The position numbers were made by a program, and so were the translations under genes. Below, piece by piece: positions 1-8,723 of a stretch of 54,646 nucleotides of DNA; position 1 is the stretch's first letter, and every line of letters begins with the position of its first letter. Source of the DNA: a virus (lineage: Duplodnaviria; Caudoviricetes). Below the pieces are notes generated by a model. It saw nothing but the letters and a program-made list of their open reading frames with translations, did no database searches and was not told the origin of the DNA. The stretch covers positions 1-54,646 of the IMG/VR virus record IMGVR_UViG_3300030222_000026. The stretch is one strand, 5' to 3'.

Positions 1-381
1 TCAAACCCCCATCGGGAGAGCGTAGAAGCAGAGAAGGCGGCGGCTGCCCGGCACGATGCAGGCGTGGTAAGCGTCGTCCTTGGAGTCGCGCACCTTCGGA
101 GAGCCAAAAGGGATGAGCCATTCGTGCGGAGTCATCTCGTTGGCCAGCATGGGGTGCTGGTCAGGAGAGAGCGTGATCGCGTAACCCTGCGCCGTTACAC
201 GGACGGAGGAAAACGGGATCGGCGCGCAGTCGCGGTCGGAACAGCAGATGGGGTCGTACCAGTCGTGGGCGCGGGCGCTCGCGGTGAGAAGCCAGAGCGG
301 ACCAAAGAGGAGAAGGAACACGATGGCGGCGACGAAAAGGGCCAGGAGGAACGCCCTGAGGTGCTCGCGAGGGGTCGTCAT
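1..381 (-). CDS. Membrane-anchored or secreted Cys-rich hypothetical protein
   Basis: N-terminal hydrophobic helix ending ASARA, then HDWYDPICCSDRDCAP and C-terminal Cys residues; last gene of the lysis-side operon. Confidence 0.7.
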   Translation of the reverse strand: MTTPREHLRAFLLALFVAAIVFLLLFGPLWLLTASARAHDWYDPICCSDRDCAPIPFSSVRVTAQGYAITLSPDQHPMLANEMTPHEWLIPFGSPKVRDSKDDAYHACIVPGSRRLLCFYALPMGV

Positions 382-617
382 CGTGCACGCCCTTCAAGGC
401 AGTGGGTGTCGTGGATGGCGTTGTGGCGGGCCACCTGACGGAGAGTTTCGCTTGTGTCGGAGCGGCTGGCGCGGATCGGACGAGAGTTGTCGCAGTAGAA
501 CTGGACAGTGGTGGACTCGTCAGTCGCGGAGATAGGGGTCGTCGTCTGACACGCCGTCAGAGCCAGTGCGGCCAGAAGCAGCATCGGCGGCACGGCGTGC
601 CTCGCGTGTCCGGTCAT
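378..617 (-). CDS. o-spanin (Rz1-like outer-membrane lipoprotein)
   Basis: Lipobox LALTAC after a hydrophobic signal; overlaps the 3' end of the i-spanin in another frame; start taken at MTGHAR. Confidence 0.7.
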   Translation of the reverse strand: MTGHARHAVPPMLLLAALALTACQTTTPISATDESTTVQFYCDNSRPIRASRSDTSETLRQVARHNAIHDTHCLEGRAR

Positions 618-792
618 CGAGGTTCTCCTTCGTGCGAATGGATTGGCGAAGCATTTCGTCCATCGCCTTGCGGTAGCCCTCGGCGCGCTTCGAGGCGTTG
701 TGGGCCTTGAGGCCAAAGAAGGCCATCAGAGCGGCCATGACGCCCAGAATGGGCTGCCAGTAGACGGCGGCGAGTTCGAGAAGGAAACTCAT
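520..792 (-). CDS. i-spanin (Rz-like)
   Basis: Start MSFLLEL; one N-terminal TM helix, helical body, C-terminal DDDPYLRD; lies between the holin and the lipoprotein. Confidence 0.7.
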   Translation of the reverse strand: MSFLLELAAVYWQPILGVMAALMAFFGLKAHNASKRAEGYRKAMDEMLRQSIRTKENLDDRTREARRAADAASGRTGSDGVSDDDPYLRD

Positions 793-1040
793 TCGTGAGG
801 CTCCCTGTTGGCCGCACGGCCATCGCTGGTTATGGGGGTCGAAGCCCACGTCAGTCGGGTGGTGGTGCGCCAGGTGCGGAAGTAGAAGATCAGAGCCGCA
901 CCAAGAAGATTGACCGTCGTGAACACCTCCTCCTGATACGAAGGGGGAATGATGTCCCAGGTGTTCAGTAGGGTGACAGCCGTCAGGAACAAGACCGACA
1001 AGTTGATCTTGGACTTGTAGACGGGTTTCTCGGAAGCCAT
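789..1040 (-). CDS. Putative holin
   Basis: 83 aa (MASEKPVYKSK...), two hydrophobic segments, strong GGGAGG RBS, directly upstream of the spanins. Confidence 0.65.
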   Translation of the reverse strand: MASEKPVYKSKINLSVLFLTAVTLLNTWDIIPPSYQEEVFTTVNLLGAALIFYFRTWRTTTRLTWASTPITSDGRAANREPHE

Positions 1041-1179
1041 GAAGTCCCCTCCCCTCCCAGAAAGAGGGCCAGCGCTGGCGGTGTCTACGCTGCGCTGGCC
1101 CCAAGTGTCGCCGCCATCCTCGGGAGGAACAGGAAGACGACACCAGTCACGAGGGTCGGAAACGGACTGGATGTTCAAA

Positions 1180-1202
1180 AGATGTCACGTCTTGTGACAT
1201 CT
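1180..1202. promoter_or_regulatory. Palindromic operator-like site AGATGTCAC-GTCTT-GTGACATCT
   Basis: Perfect 9-5-9 palindrome upstream of the holin; same family as sites at 44781, 46617 and 53131. Confidence 0.65.
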
Positions 1203-1211
1203 GTAAAGGGG

Positions 1212-1670
1212 TCAGGAGAAGAAAACCACATCGGTATGGTGGGGCTTGCCATGCCACTGGACGCAAGGACCAGGGGGGGTGGCGAAGGTCAGGTCGCCCG
1301 TCTGAAGGCAAAGGAACTGGCGTGACAGTTCGGTGGGGATGGGGCGCTCCAGACAGATCAGCGGAAGGGCCAGGTCGGCGGGGTACACGACGAAATGGCC
1401 AAGGGAGCGGTAGGTGTGGGCGATGCGATGGAAGAGGAGAGGAAAGCGCGTGGCGATCTCGTGGTTCGAGGCGCGAACGAGAGAGCGGTAATCGTCCTCC
1501 GGTGTGTGGGCGTGGGAGAGACCGATGCAGGGAGTGCCGTCGAGGGTGCGGTGGAGATCGGTGGCAGAGGTGAGGCGCTCGAGCAGCGCGGGCAGGTCAT
1601 CCTTCGGCCAGCAGGGATAGGAGATGGGCGCAACGTTCGAAGGAGAGGAAGAGGTGGAGACATCCGTCAT
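1212..1670 (-). CDS. Hypothetical protein
   Basis: Start MTDVSTS overlaps the upstream stop (ATGA). Confidence 0.55.
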   Translation of the reverse strand: MTDVSTSSSPSNVAPISYPCWPKDDLPALLERLTSATDLHRTLDGTPCIGLSHAHTPEDDYRSLVRASNHEIATRFPLLFHRIAHTYRSLGHFVVYPADLALPLICLERPIPTELSRQFLCLQTGDLTFATPPGPCVQWHGKPHHTDVVFFS

Positions 1671-3007
1671 GTGCGGAACCCTCGCTTGATCTTGTTGGCA
1701 GGAAGGCCAGCGGCGAAGCCGCGCTGGCGAAGAACGGTCGAGGCCCAATCGGGAACGCGCGTCCAGCCGCCCCACCCACGGTCAAGGTCGAAACTCGAGG
1801 GGACTGCGGGTCGCATGTCCGCGTGGATGTGGCCGTCGTAAAAGCCAAGGCCGGTGAAGCCAGCGCCGACAAGAGCATCGACGAGTTGAGTACGCTCGGA
1901 CTCGGACATGTCACCAATCGGGATATCCAGAGCCGTGGAGGCACCGCCGTTGGTCGAGGTATGGTGAGAGCGGCGCGCGACCGTCACACGGTTGGGGTCG
2001 CCTCGCGAACGGATGGCATCCTGCTGCGCCTGGGTGCGAGAGCCAGAGGTGACAGGGATGTCGCGGCCAAGGATGGACGCCGCCATTCTGGCGGCGTTCG
2101 TCGCGGAAGGGTCGAGTCCCGAAAGGTCGACGCCGTCATGGGATGGGATAAGGCCGAAATCGCCAGCGGGGAGGCGGCGGGTGACGGTGGTATTGGGGTT
2201 GCCGCTGTTCTCCGGGCCAATGGAGGCGTCGGTGTTGGCATAGGCATTGGCGTAGGCGCTGCCGAAACCGGATTGAGGTGTCGGAATGGCGTCAGGGCCA
2301 AGGGTGGCCTTCTCGCCGGGAGAGACCTTCTGGGCGCCGTCAGTCGGGTCGGCCTTGCGTGCCGTCACGCGCGAATAGGCGGCGGCATAGGCGTCGCCAA
2401 AGGCTGAGCCATTGGAGGAAGGAGCGCCACGCCGCGCCGGAACCTGAACCATCCGGCGCGGGTCCGTAGGGTTTGCCGGTGGAGCCTTGGAGCCGGGAGA
2501 GAGTTTGGAGGCGAGGAGATCGGAAGAGACGTCGTCGCCAAGGGCGATGGTGTAGGACGGGACTTCGACGACAGGGTTCAGGCGGTAGCGGTTGTAGAAG
2601 TGATGGTCGCCCTCGACCATCGTCGGAGCGGTGGCCGCGAAGTTGGTGCCGCGCCGATTGGTGATGGCCGGGTTCTGGAAGAACGTCGCACCAGAGGTCG
2701 GGTCGGAGATGTTGCCAGAGGCGAAGGACGCAAGAGTTTCGTCGATAAGGCGGCGCGTTTCGCCAGAAGCCGAAGGCAGGTCTTGCCACGACTTGCGAGC
2801 GTACATGGGCTCGAACTGCCCCTTCTGCTCGATGACGCCCGTGACAGAGTTGGGAAAGCCGCCCGTGCGCGCGGCGGCGCGGTTCAGAACGGTGAAGAGA
2901 ACAGCCTGCTTGCCAAGGGAGGACTGGTTGCCAGCCTCCGCCTCGACAATGCGGGCCAGGGCATCACGGTCAGAACGAGAGATGGGAATGGCCATGCGGT
3001 CAGTCAT
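1667..3007 (-). CDS. Two-domain murein hydrolase: SleB/Hydrolase_2-like domain plus M15-type Zn peptidase
   Basis: LARIVEAEAG...VLNR...VIEQKGQFEP...DPTSGATFF...HHFY; C-terminal VTSGSR...SHH...ALDI...GLGFYDGHIHADMR; start at 3007 or 2995. Confidence 0.8.
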   Translation of the reverse strand: MTDRMAIPISRSDRDALARIVEAEAGNQSSLGKQAVLFTVLNRAAARTGGFPNSVTGVIEQKGQFEPMYARKSWQDLPSASGETRRLIDETLASFASGNISDPTSGATFFQNPAITNRRGTNFAATAPTMVEGDHHFYNRYRLNPVVEVPSYTIALGDDVSSDLLASKLSPGSKAPPANPTDPRRMVQVPARRGAPSSNGSAFGDAYAAAYSRVTARKADPTDGAQKVSPGEKATLGPDAIPTPQSGFGSAYANAYANTDASIGPENSGNPNTTVTRRLPAGDFGLIPSHDGVDLSGLDPSATNAARMAASILGRDIPVTSGSRTQAQQDAIRSRGDPNRVTVARRSHHTSTNGGASTALDIPIGDMSESERTQLVDALVGAGFTGLGFYDGHIHADMRPAVPSSFDLDRGWGGWTRVPDWASTVLRQRGFAAGLPANKIKRGFRT

Positions 3008-3350
3008 TGGAGAGGCCCTCACGTTCGCGCCAGCGGTGGGAGAAGACATCGCCCAGAGTGCGGACGGACGACATGGCCTGGTGGCCGAAGTGCATGAAGC
3101 CGCCGCTCCAGCCGTAGCCGACCTCGGGGCGACCATCGTGAAGTTCGATGGTGCCGAAGCCGAGGCCAATGACTTGGCCAGACATCACCCGCTCGCGGAG
3201 GAACTCAAGGGTCTTGAGGGCCTCTTCCTGATAGTAGCGAACGTCTTCGTCGCTCATGTCGACGGCATCGGAAAACGGAACGATCCGGTCGATGCCGTCA
3301 GGCGACGTGACAATGCGCGGGCCAGGAAACTTGGGGGTCTGCGCCGACAT
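3000..3350 (-). CDS. Hypothetical protein
   Basis: GGAGG RBS before MSAQTPK; in operon. Confidence 0.65.
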   Translation of the reverse strand: MSAQTPKFPGPRIVTSPDGIDRIVPFSDAVDMSDEDVRYYQEEALKTLEFLRERVMSGQVIGLGFGTIELHDGRPEVGYGWSGGFMHFGHQAMSSVRTLGDVFSHRWREREGLSND

Positions 3351-3407
3351 GTAAGCCTCCACGGTTGAGTGGAGAGCGTAAGCATAGGAAGGGCCAAGGG
3401 TCGTCCG

Positions 3408-3773
3408 TCAGGGGCGGAGCCCCTTCCGGTCGAGGTAGGCTTCGTAGAGGCGGATAAAGTCGCCAAGGCGGAGAAGGACGGTGGCGTCGTCCATGGATTG
3501 GCGAGAGCGCCGGTGGATCACTACGGGGGTCTCACCGGGGGCGGCATTGCGGATTGCCTGTGCGAGGAATTTCTCGGGCTCAAGGCGTTCCGTGCGCTTG
3601 GCCTCAATGGCCAGGGAGGGGGTACCGATGAGGTCTGGAGCGCCGACCCCGGGGTTCTCGATGAACTGCGTCGTGAGGCAGCGGCGGTGGACGGAAAGGC
3701 CAAGGGTGGAGGAGAGGTGGGCGCAGAGGTCGCGCTCGAACTGATCGCCCTTGGCCTTGGAGCGCTTGACCAT
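3408..3773 (-). CDS. Holliday junction resolvase-like PD-(D/E)XK nuclease
   Basis: SKAKGDQFER...PDL...IEAKR pattern. Confidence 0.75.
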   Translation of the reverse strand: MVKRSKAKGDQFERDLCAHLSSTLGLSVHRRCLTTQFIENPGVGAPDLIGTPSLAIEAKRTERLEPEKFLAQAIRNAAPGETPVVIHRRSRQSMDDATVLLRLGDFIRLYEAYLDRKGLRP

Positions 3774-4076
3774 TCATTCCTCCATGGCCATGCCGAGCTT
3801 GCGCTTGCACGACTGGCAATAGAACTGCCACTTCGGACGTGGGGTTTTGTCGCCACAGCATGAACAGGGCCTTGACCACATTTGGATTTCAGGGAGTTCG
3901 GCGGCGATGTATTTCGCACCTGTGAATTGGACGATCCGGTTCTTGTGTAGGACACGCTTGCAGGTGTCGGTGCATACACCGATCTCGCGGGCCATGGTGC
4001 TGTACGGGATCTTCATGGCCGAGGCGACACGCAAGAACTGGAGTTGCCCCTCTGAGATGTTCGCGCGGCGAGGCAT
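3774..4076 (-). CDS. GcrA-like HTH plus Zn-ribbon transcription regulator
   Basis: N-terminal HTH (YSTMAREIGVCTDTCKRVL), C-terminal CSCC...FYCQSC; GGAGG RBS. Confidence 0.55.
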   Translation of the reverse strand: MPRRANISEGQLQFLRVASAMKIPYSTMAREIGVCTDTCKRVLHKNRIVQFTGAKYIAAELPEIQMWSRPCSCCGDKTPRPKWQFYCQSCKRKLGMAMEE

Positions 4077-4366
4077 TCGAAATCCTCCAGAGATGGCGAA
4101 TGGCATGTGTTGTGCCACTCGGTGACATCCGTTCAACATCTTGTTGTCCAAAACAGCGTGATCGTCAATGGGCGAAGCCCCGCCCTAAAGCGGGGCGAAG
4201 CCCTCCCGGACGCCTGCTTTAGGCAGAGAGGGGGTCGATGCAGGGGCCTCCCCGGAGCGCCATGCGACGGCCACGGGAGGGGAGACGCGCCTCGGATGTC
4301 ACGGGTCGTGGAAAAGTTGCACACAGACGGCATTTAGATGTTGTTTTCGCTTGACGGATCTGTGTA

Positions 4367-4509
4367 AAATCTCAACCAACCCCCATTGGGGACGACGCCG
4401 CTTGCCTTACGGCGCGGCGTCTGAAGGGGCGGCACACGGAACGTTCCACTCTCCCCTCGAGTGTGCCGCACCGGGAACAGATTGAGGGCGTGGGGGTTGG
4501 TTGAGATTT
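4367..4509. repeat. 143-bp element bounded by a perfect 19-bp inverted repeat, with two internal hairpins
   Basis: AAATCTCAACCAACCCCCA (4367-4385) / TGGGGGTTGGTTGAGATTT (4491-4509); internal stems 4394-4401/4414-4421 and 4429-4437/4461-4469. Confidence 0.9.
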
Positions 4510-4514
4510 CAGCA

Positions 4515-4736
4515 ATGCACAATTTTAAGGCGAAATCCCGTGAAAAACAGAGGGAGCGTGAGCGAATTGCAGCGCTCAACCGCGCGCGCAATCCGGACGT
4601 TGCGGCGCTGGTGGACATCCTGCGCGAGGAAGGGGTCGACCCTCAGGTCAAGTACGTCGGGCCAGTGCGGGAGAGCACGAAGGCACGATTGGCGAGCCTT
4701 CGCTCTGATGAAAATTCCAGTGGATTATCGGACTAG
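4515..4736 (+). CDS. Hypothetical protein (73 aa), opposite to its neighbours
   Basis: MHNFKAKS...RARNPDVAALVDILREEG; no clear RBS. Confidence 0.5.
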   Translation: MHNFKAKSREKQRERERIAALNRARNPDVAALVDILREEGVDPQVKYVGPVRESTKARLASLRSDENSSGLSD

Positions 4737-5045
4737 ATCGGTTAATCCGCCTCCGATCACGAAATCGCCAAGGGCGGCAACGACGAAGGATACCAGCAGC
4801 CAGAACATGCGTTGTTGACGCTGCTCCAGCTTCTCGGACATGCGCTCGTGGGCGTCGCGCATCTCCACAATGCCCTTTCGCAGGGCCTCTTCCATCCTGT
4901 CAAACCTCTGGACGAGGTGATTGAAACGCTCGGCGGCGACGGCGGCGTCGACCTCAAGTTTGGAGAGGCGCTGTTCGACCGTGTCCACACGCTTGCCCAG
5001 GCGGTCCTCGCCCTCGTAGACAGACTTCTCGTGCTGTTCGGACAT
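4725..5045 (-). CDS. Coiled-coil protein with C-terminal TM helix (XhlA-like architecture)
   Basis: Heptad-rich body followed by MFWLLVSFVVAALG. Confidence 0.6.
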   Translation of the reverse strand: MSEQHEKSVYEGEDRLGKRVDTVEQRLSKLEVDAAVAAERFNHLVQRFDRMEEALRKGIVEMRDAHERMSEKLEQRQQRMFWLLVSFVVAALGDFVIGGGLTDLVR

Positions 5046-5058
5046 GAGGCCCCCCACA

Positions 5059-5087
5059 AAAAATGCCGCTCGAGTGGCGGCATTTTT
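5059..5087. terminator. Bidirectional intrinsic terminator after the primase gene
   Basis: AAAAATGCCGC-TCGAGTG-GCGGCATTTTT. Confidence 0.7.
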
Positions 5088-5128
5088 CGAAGTGGCAGGA
5101 TTTTAAGTCGTCCCGTGGCTCGCCCGCA

Positions 5129-7153
5129 TTACGGGCGCTTTTCGTACCTCTCAACCCACTCCTCGATGGTGCGGATCGACTTGCCAAGCGCCGCCGCAAT
5201 CTGCGGAACGCTCATGTTTTTCAGGTACATATCGACGAACCTGTCATAGATGGTCTTGAAGCTGAACAGGGATTGCTTCCCCGTACTCAGTTCGATGATC
5301 CGAGCGATGTAGTAGTGCTTCTCCATCAACTCGTCTTCATCGCGCGTCTTTCCCATGCTCACACGCATGAGCATCGTCACCTTCCAGTCGATGCGCCCAC
5401 CCGGCAATTCGTTGTAGATGCGGTCGTGAATGCTCGGAAGCTCCTCGGAACGCGCGTCATGCACACCCCCCTTCTCACGCGCCACATCCTCGTCCTCATA
5501 GAGCAGAGCCGTATAGAGTTGAGTTTCGACTGCATCCAACTGAGACGTCGAGCCCGCATAGGAGCCCAGACCACGGTCGCCCGGCTTGTTGCGGTGGTGG
5601 AGCAGGATGATGCTGATGCCCTTGTTTCGCAGCTTGATGAAGAACTGGTTCAGAGGCTTCCATTGCGAAGCGTCATTCTCGTCCAGTGTAGGGAAAGCCG
5701 AGCGGATCGTGTCGATCACGATGAGATCGGGCCGCACCTTCATGATCATCCGGTACAGCCGCTTCCGGTTCTCCTTGCTGTCCAGCGTCATCGGGACGTG
5801 GCGAGACATGGACGCATTGTAGGTCACAACGTTCTCGACATGGGTCGGTCGCAAGGGGCCGATCAGTTCTGAGTTGTCGTGGATGCGGTTGCGGATCGTT
5901 CGCTTCCCCTCCTCGTAGTTCAGATACAGAGTCCGGAAACGACGCATCACCCTGAACGGGCCAACCCTGCGACGGCCTGCGGCTGTCGCGTGTGTAATCA
6001 GTTGCACGAGAGTCGACTTCCCCTGCCCCGTGTAGCCGCTGATATGGACGATATTGTCCTTCGGGATGATCGGCTCAACGAGAAACTCCGGCTCATAATC
6101 AGCCAGCAGGTCGGAAACCTCAGACAGCGTGTGTAGGTCAAGATCATCTTCCTGCTCAGGCTCTCGAGGTGGCTCCTCCATCGCCGCTGTCGCCGGGTTT
6201 CGGTGTGGTATGTAGTTACCGCATTCATCAAATCGCTCGGGATGGTTCCGGCGCTCCATGTCCTCGACCGACCGGCAGGTCGCACGCCACTCCTCGTCCT
6301 CGAGGCGGTCGACGAAGAAGGTGTCCATGAAGTGCAGGACGCGCTCATCCAGCTTTTCGCCCCAATACCCCGCGCGAACCTGCTCGCTCGCGTACATTAA
6401 TACGCGCTGGTTGCGGTAGTTGCCCTGCCCTGTCGGGATTTTTAGCGTCGCAGAGTAGTTCTCTGCCACATACTGAGAAGTCCGTTCCCATTCGGAACGG
6501 TAGTCGATGACATCGACACCGGTCAGGTCAATCGGACCATCACTGGAAAGGCCAAGAGGGAGCGGGGCGGAGGCCGCGCCAAGATACTCTCGAGGCGTGG
6601 AGTCAAGCGGCCACCCCTCCCACACTGGCCATTCGTCCAGTTCGTCTAGACCGACATCGGTGTCGAAGATCCACTCGTACCCACGAGAAGGGGCGATGAC
6701 CGCATAAGAGCCATCGCCCCGGAAGTCGAGCCCATCGAACTTGGGCCAGTCATGCCCGCGTGAATTACTCCCGGCACGGGGGCGAAACTCCTGCCCGCCC
6801 GGATGCCTGAAAAAAAGGTGCATGCCGTTCTTGGTCTTGGCCCGGATGGGCGACCACACACCGCACCGAAGGCAGAAATCAATCGCCTCCTGATTATCGC
6901 AGTCGACGACAACAATTCCCGACAAGGTGCCCGTGATCAGGGCCAGCTTGACCTCGTCCGGTGGGATACCCTCCCTTTCGGCCAGACATTGCCAACTTTC
7001 GACATCCGCTTCAGTTGGCAACTCTGTCTGGAAACGACGCCACCTGACCATCGCCTTCTTGGTCTTCGGCGAGATCGGAATGACGGAAAAGCCCCGCTCC
7101 AGGTATTCGTGGGCTGCGTAATCAAGAACACCTACCGCTCTGGTTCTCTCCAT
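5129..7153 (-). CDS. Bifunctional primase-polymerase fused to an AAA_25/RepA-like helicase and a C-terminal HTH
   Basis: GIVVVDCD, KTKNGMHLFF, DFRGDGSYAVIAPS; Walker A GYTGQGKS, Walker B LIVID; VPQIAAALGKSIRTIEEW. Confidence 0.85.
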   Translation of the reverse strand: MERTRAVGVLDYAAHEYLERGFSVIPISPKTKKAMVRWRRFQTELPTEADVESWQCLAEREGIPPDEVKLALITGTLSGIVVVDCDNQEAIDFCLRCGVWSPIRAKTKNGMHLFFRHPGGQEFRPRAGSNSRGHDWPKFDGLDFRGDGSYAVIAPSRGYEWIFDTDVGLDELDEWPVWEGWPLDSTPREYLGAASAPLPLGLSSDGPIDLTGVDVIDYRSEWERTSQYVAENYSATLKIPTGQGNYRNQRVLMYASEQVRAGYWGEKLDERVLHFMDTFFVDRLEDEEWRATCRSVEDMERRNHPERFDECGNYIPHRNPATAAMEEPPREPEQEDDLDLHTLSEVSDLLADYEPEFLVEPIIPKDNIVHISGYTGQGKSTLVQLITHATAAGRRRVGPFRVMRRFRTLYLNYEEGKRTIRNRIHDNSELIGPLRPTHVENVVTYNASMSRHVPMTLDSKENRKRLYRMIMKVRPDLIVIDTIRSAFPTLDENDASQWKPLNQFFIKLRNKGISIILLHHRNKPGDRGLGSYAGSTSQLDAVETQLYTALLYEDEDVAREKGGVHDARSEELPSIHDRIYNELPGGRIDWKVTMLMRVSMGKTRDEDELMEKHYYIARIIELSTGKQSLFSFKTIYDRFVDMYLKNMSVPQIAAALGKSIRTIEEWVERYEKRP

Positions 7154-7341
7154 TTCACGTACCCGTTCAAGTCGATAGAGGGAAACTCCCCCTTAAGACG
7201 AGCAATATGCTTGCTCGCCATCCGCCCTCGATTGATCCAGCCATAGATAGCAGGGCGCGTGGTTCCAGTGACACGCGCGACCACGGATGGACCGCCGCAA
7301 TCGGCGATGAGAGCGCGAATGTCGAAGTAGAACATCCCCAT
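7132..7341 (-). CDS. Cro-like HTH protein
   Basis: LIADCGGPSVVARVTGTTRPAIYGW; first gene left of the divergent promoter. Confidence 0.7.
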   Translation of the reverse strand: MGMFYFDIRALIADCGGPSVVARVTGTTRPAIYGWINRGRMASKHIARLKGEFPSIDLNGYVKWREPER

Positions 7342-7355
7342 CTTCCCTTTTCGCG

Positions 7356-7402
7356 TTGACACCGCCGTAACGTCTTATATACACCTAATTGACATCCGAC
7401 AA
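7356..7402. promoter_or_regulatory. Overlapping divergent sigma70-like promoters
   Basis: Plus: TTGACA(7356)-N16-TATACA; minus: TTGTCG(7402)-N17-TATAAG; operator half-site TGACATCC at 7390. Confidence 0.55.
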
Positions 7403-7413
7403 CGGGAAAGGCC

Positions 7414-7920
7414 GTGGCCATGGAAGATGCGTTCGCCGAATTTGCGGATAAAATGTCGGGCCTGAAGGACGGGGATCAGCAGGGGAAGCTGTTCTCCAGA
7501 ACAGATGGCGATCTCGAGATCAAAGAGGGAATGTCAGTCGACGATCTCGCGGACATGTACGAGACGATCTGCGAGCGCTCGAAGATGCTGACGAAGGCGA
7601 AGTCCTACATCAAGGCGTACCTGATGGCTCTCGCCGATGCCAACGGAATACCCGGAGCACCGGGGACGGTTCATGTCACTGGCAACCGAAAGGATGTGGC
7701 CGTCACGAAGCAGGCCAAGTTGGCCTTCGATGACAACGCCGCACTGACCGACATGGCCAATGGGGCGAAGCTGCCCATCCAGCCGAAGCAGAGCTTCGGT
7801 CTGACGGACGCGAAAATCCGCTCCCTCAATGAAACGCTGAATGCCGACGACCTCGTCAAGATCGCGAAGTACGTCAGCGTGAAGGGTGAAAACGTCACCA
7901 TCTCCATCGAAAACAAGTGA
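7414..7920 (+). CDS. Hypothetical replication/recombination-module protein
   Basis: First gene of the Sak4/SSB/exonuclease operon. Confidence 0.7.
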   Translation: MAMEDAFAEFADKMSGLKDGDQQGKLFSRTDGDLEIKEGMSVDDLADMYETICERSKMLTKAKSYIKAYLMALADANGIPGAPGTVHVTGNRKDVAVTKQAKLAFDDNAALTDMANGAKLPIQPKQSFGLTDAKIRSLNETLNADDLVKIAKYVSVKGENVTISIENK

Positions 7921-7926
7921 GGCGTC

Positions 7927-8721
7927 ATGCCACCTGTCTTCAAGCCTCGAAACACAGAGGCAATCGGCCACGATGAGCCGACCAAGACACTCGTCGTGGC
8001 CCACCATGGGTTCGGAAAAACCACACAATGCGGATACATGCAGGACCACTTCGGGCCGGGCTTCATCATCAGTGGTGAAAGCGGGCTCAAGTCGATTGCC
8101 GACAAGAAGATCGACTACCTGCACTTCAACTCATGGGACGAGCGGGACGAGGAAGGAAACTCCAAGGACACATCCTTCAAGGGCATCGTCAAGTTGATGT
8201 CCACTCAGGAGTTCCGCGACGCGGGATACAAGTGGATTGCCATCGACAGCCTTACGGAGATGAGCGATCAGTGTTACCGGCACTTCGAAGCGCAGGAGAT
8301 GCGCGCGCGAATGCAAGACCCGGACAAGAAGAAGGACGGGTTCGCAGTCTGGAACAACTACAATTCGGCGATCATTGGTGCCCTCAAGTGGGTGCGAGAC
8401 CTGAACTATCACGTTCTGGTGACATGCCTTGCGGCGGAGGAAACCGACGAGAACGGGGCCGTTGAATACTGGCCATCCGTTCAAGGGCGGAAGATCGCGA
8501 AGCAAATCCCCGGCATGTTCGACAACGTCCTGTGTGGCGTGCGTGCGTCCGAAATGGACCCGGCAACGAACCGGCCCAGGATCAGCCGACAGTTCATCAC
8601 GGATGAGTTCATGGGGTGGCGCGGGAAGGTGCGCGACCCGTTCAAGCGCGTCGATATCGTGGAGAAGACATCGAACCTCTGCGACATCCTCGAGAAGATT
8701 TCCAAGCCCAAGGAGGACTGA
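7927..8721 (+). CDS. Sak4-like AAA_24 ssDNA-annealing ATPase
   Basis: AHHGFGKTT, WIAIDSLTE; adjacent to SSB and exonuclease. Confidence 0.8.
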   Translation: MPPVFKPRNTEAIGHDEPTKTLVVAHHGFGKTTQCGYMQDHFGPGFIISGESGLKSIADKKIDYLHFNSWDERDEEGNSKDTSFKGIVKLMSTQEFRDAGYKWIAIDSLTEMSDQCYRHFEAQEMRARMQDPDKKKDGFAVWNNYNSAIIGALKWVRDLNYHVLVTCLAAEETDENGAVEYWPSVQGRKIAKQIPGMFDNVLCGVRASEMDPATNRPRISRQFITDEFMGWRGKVRDPFKRVDIVEKTSNLCDILEKISKPKED

Positions 8722-8723
8722 CC

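Noticed and set aside
4367-4509. Retron msr/msd or MITE interpretation of the inverted-repeat element
   Set aside because: No reverse transcriptase or transposase in the window and no target-site duplication
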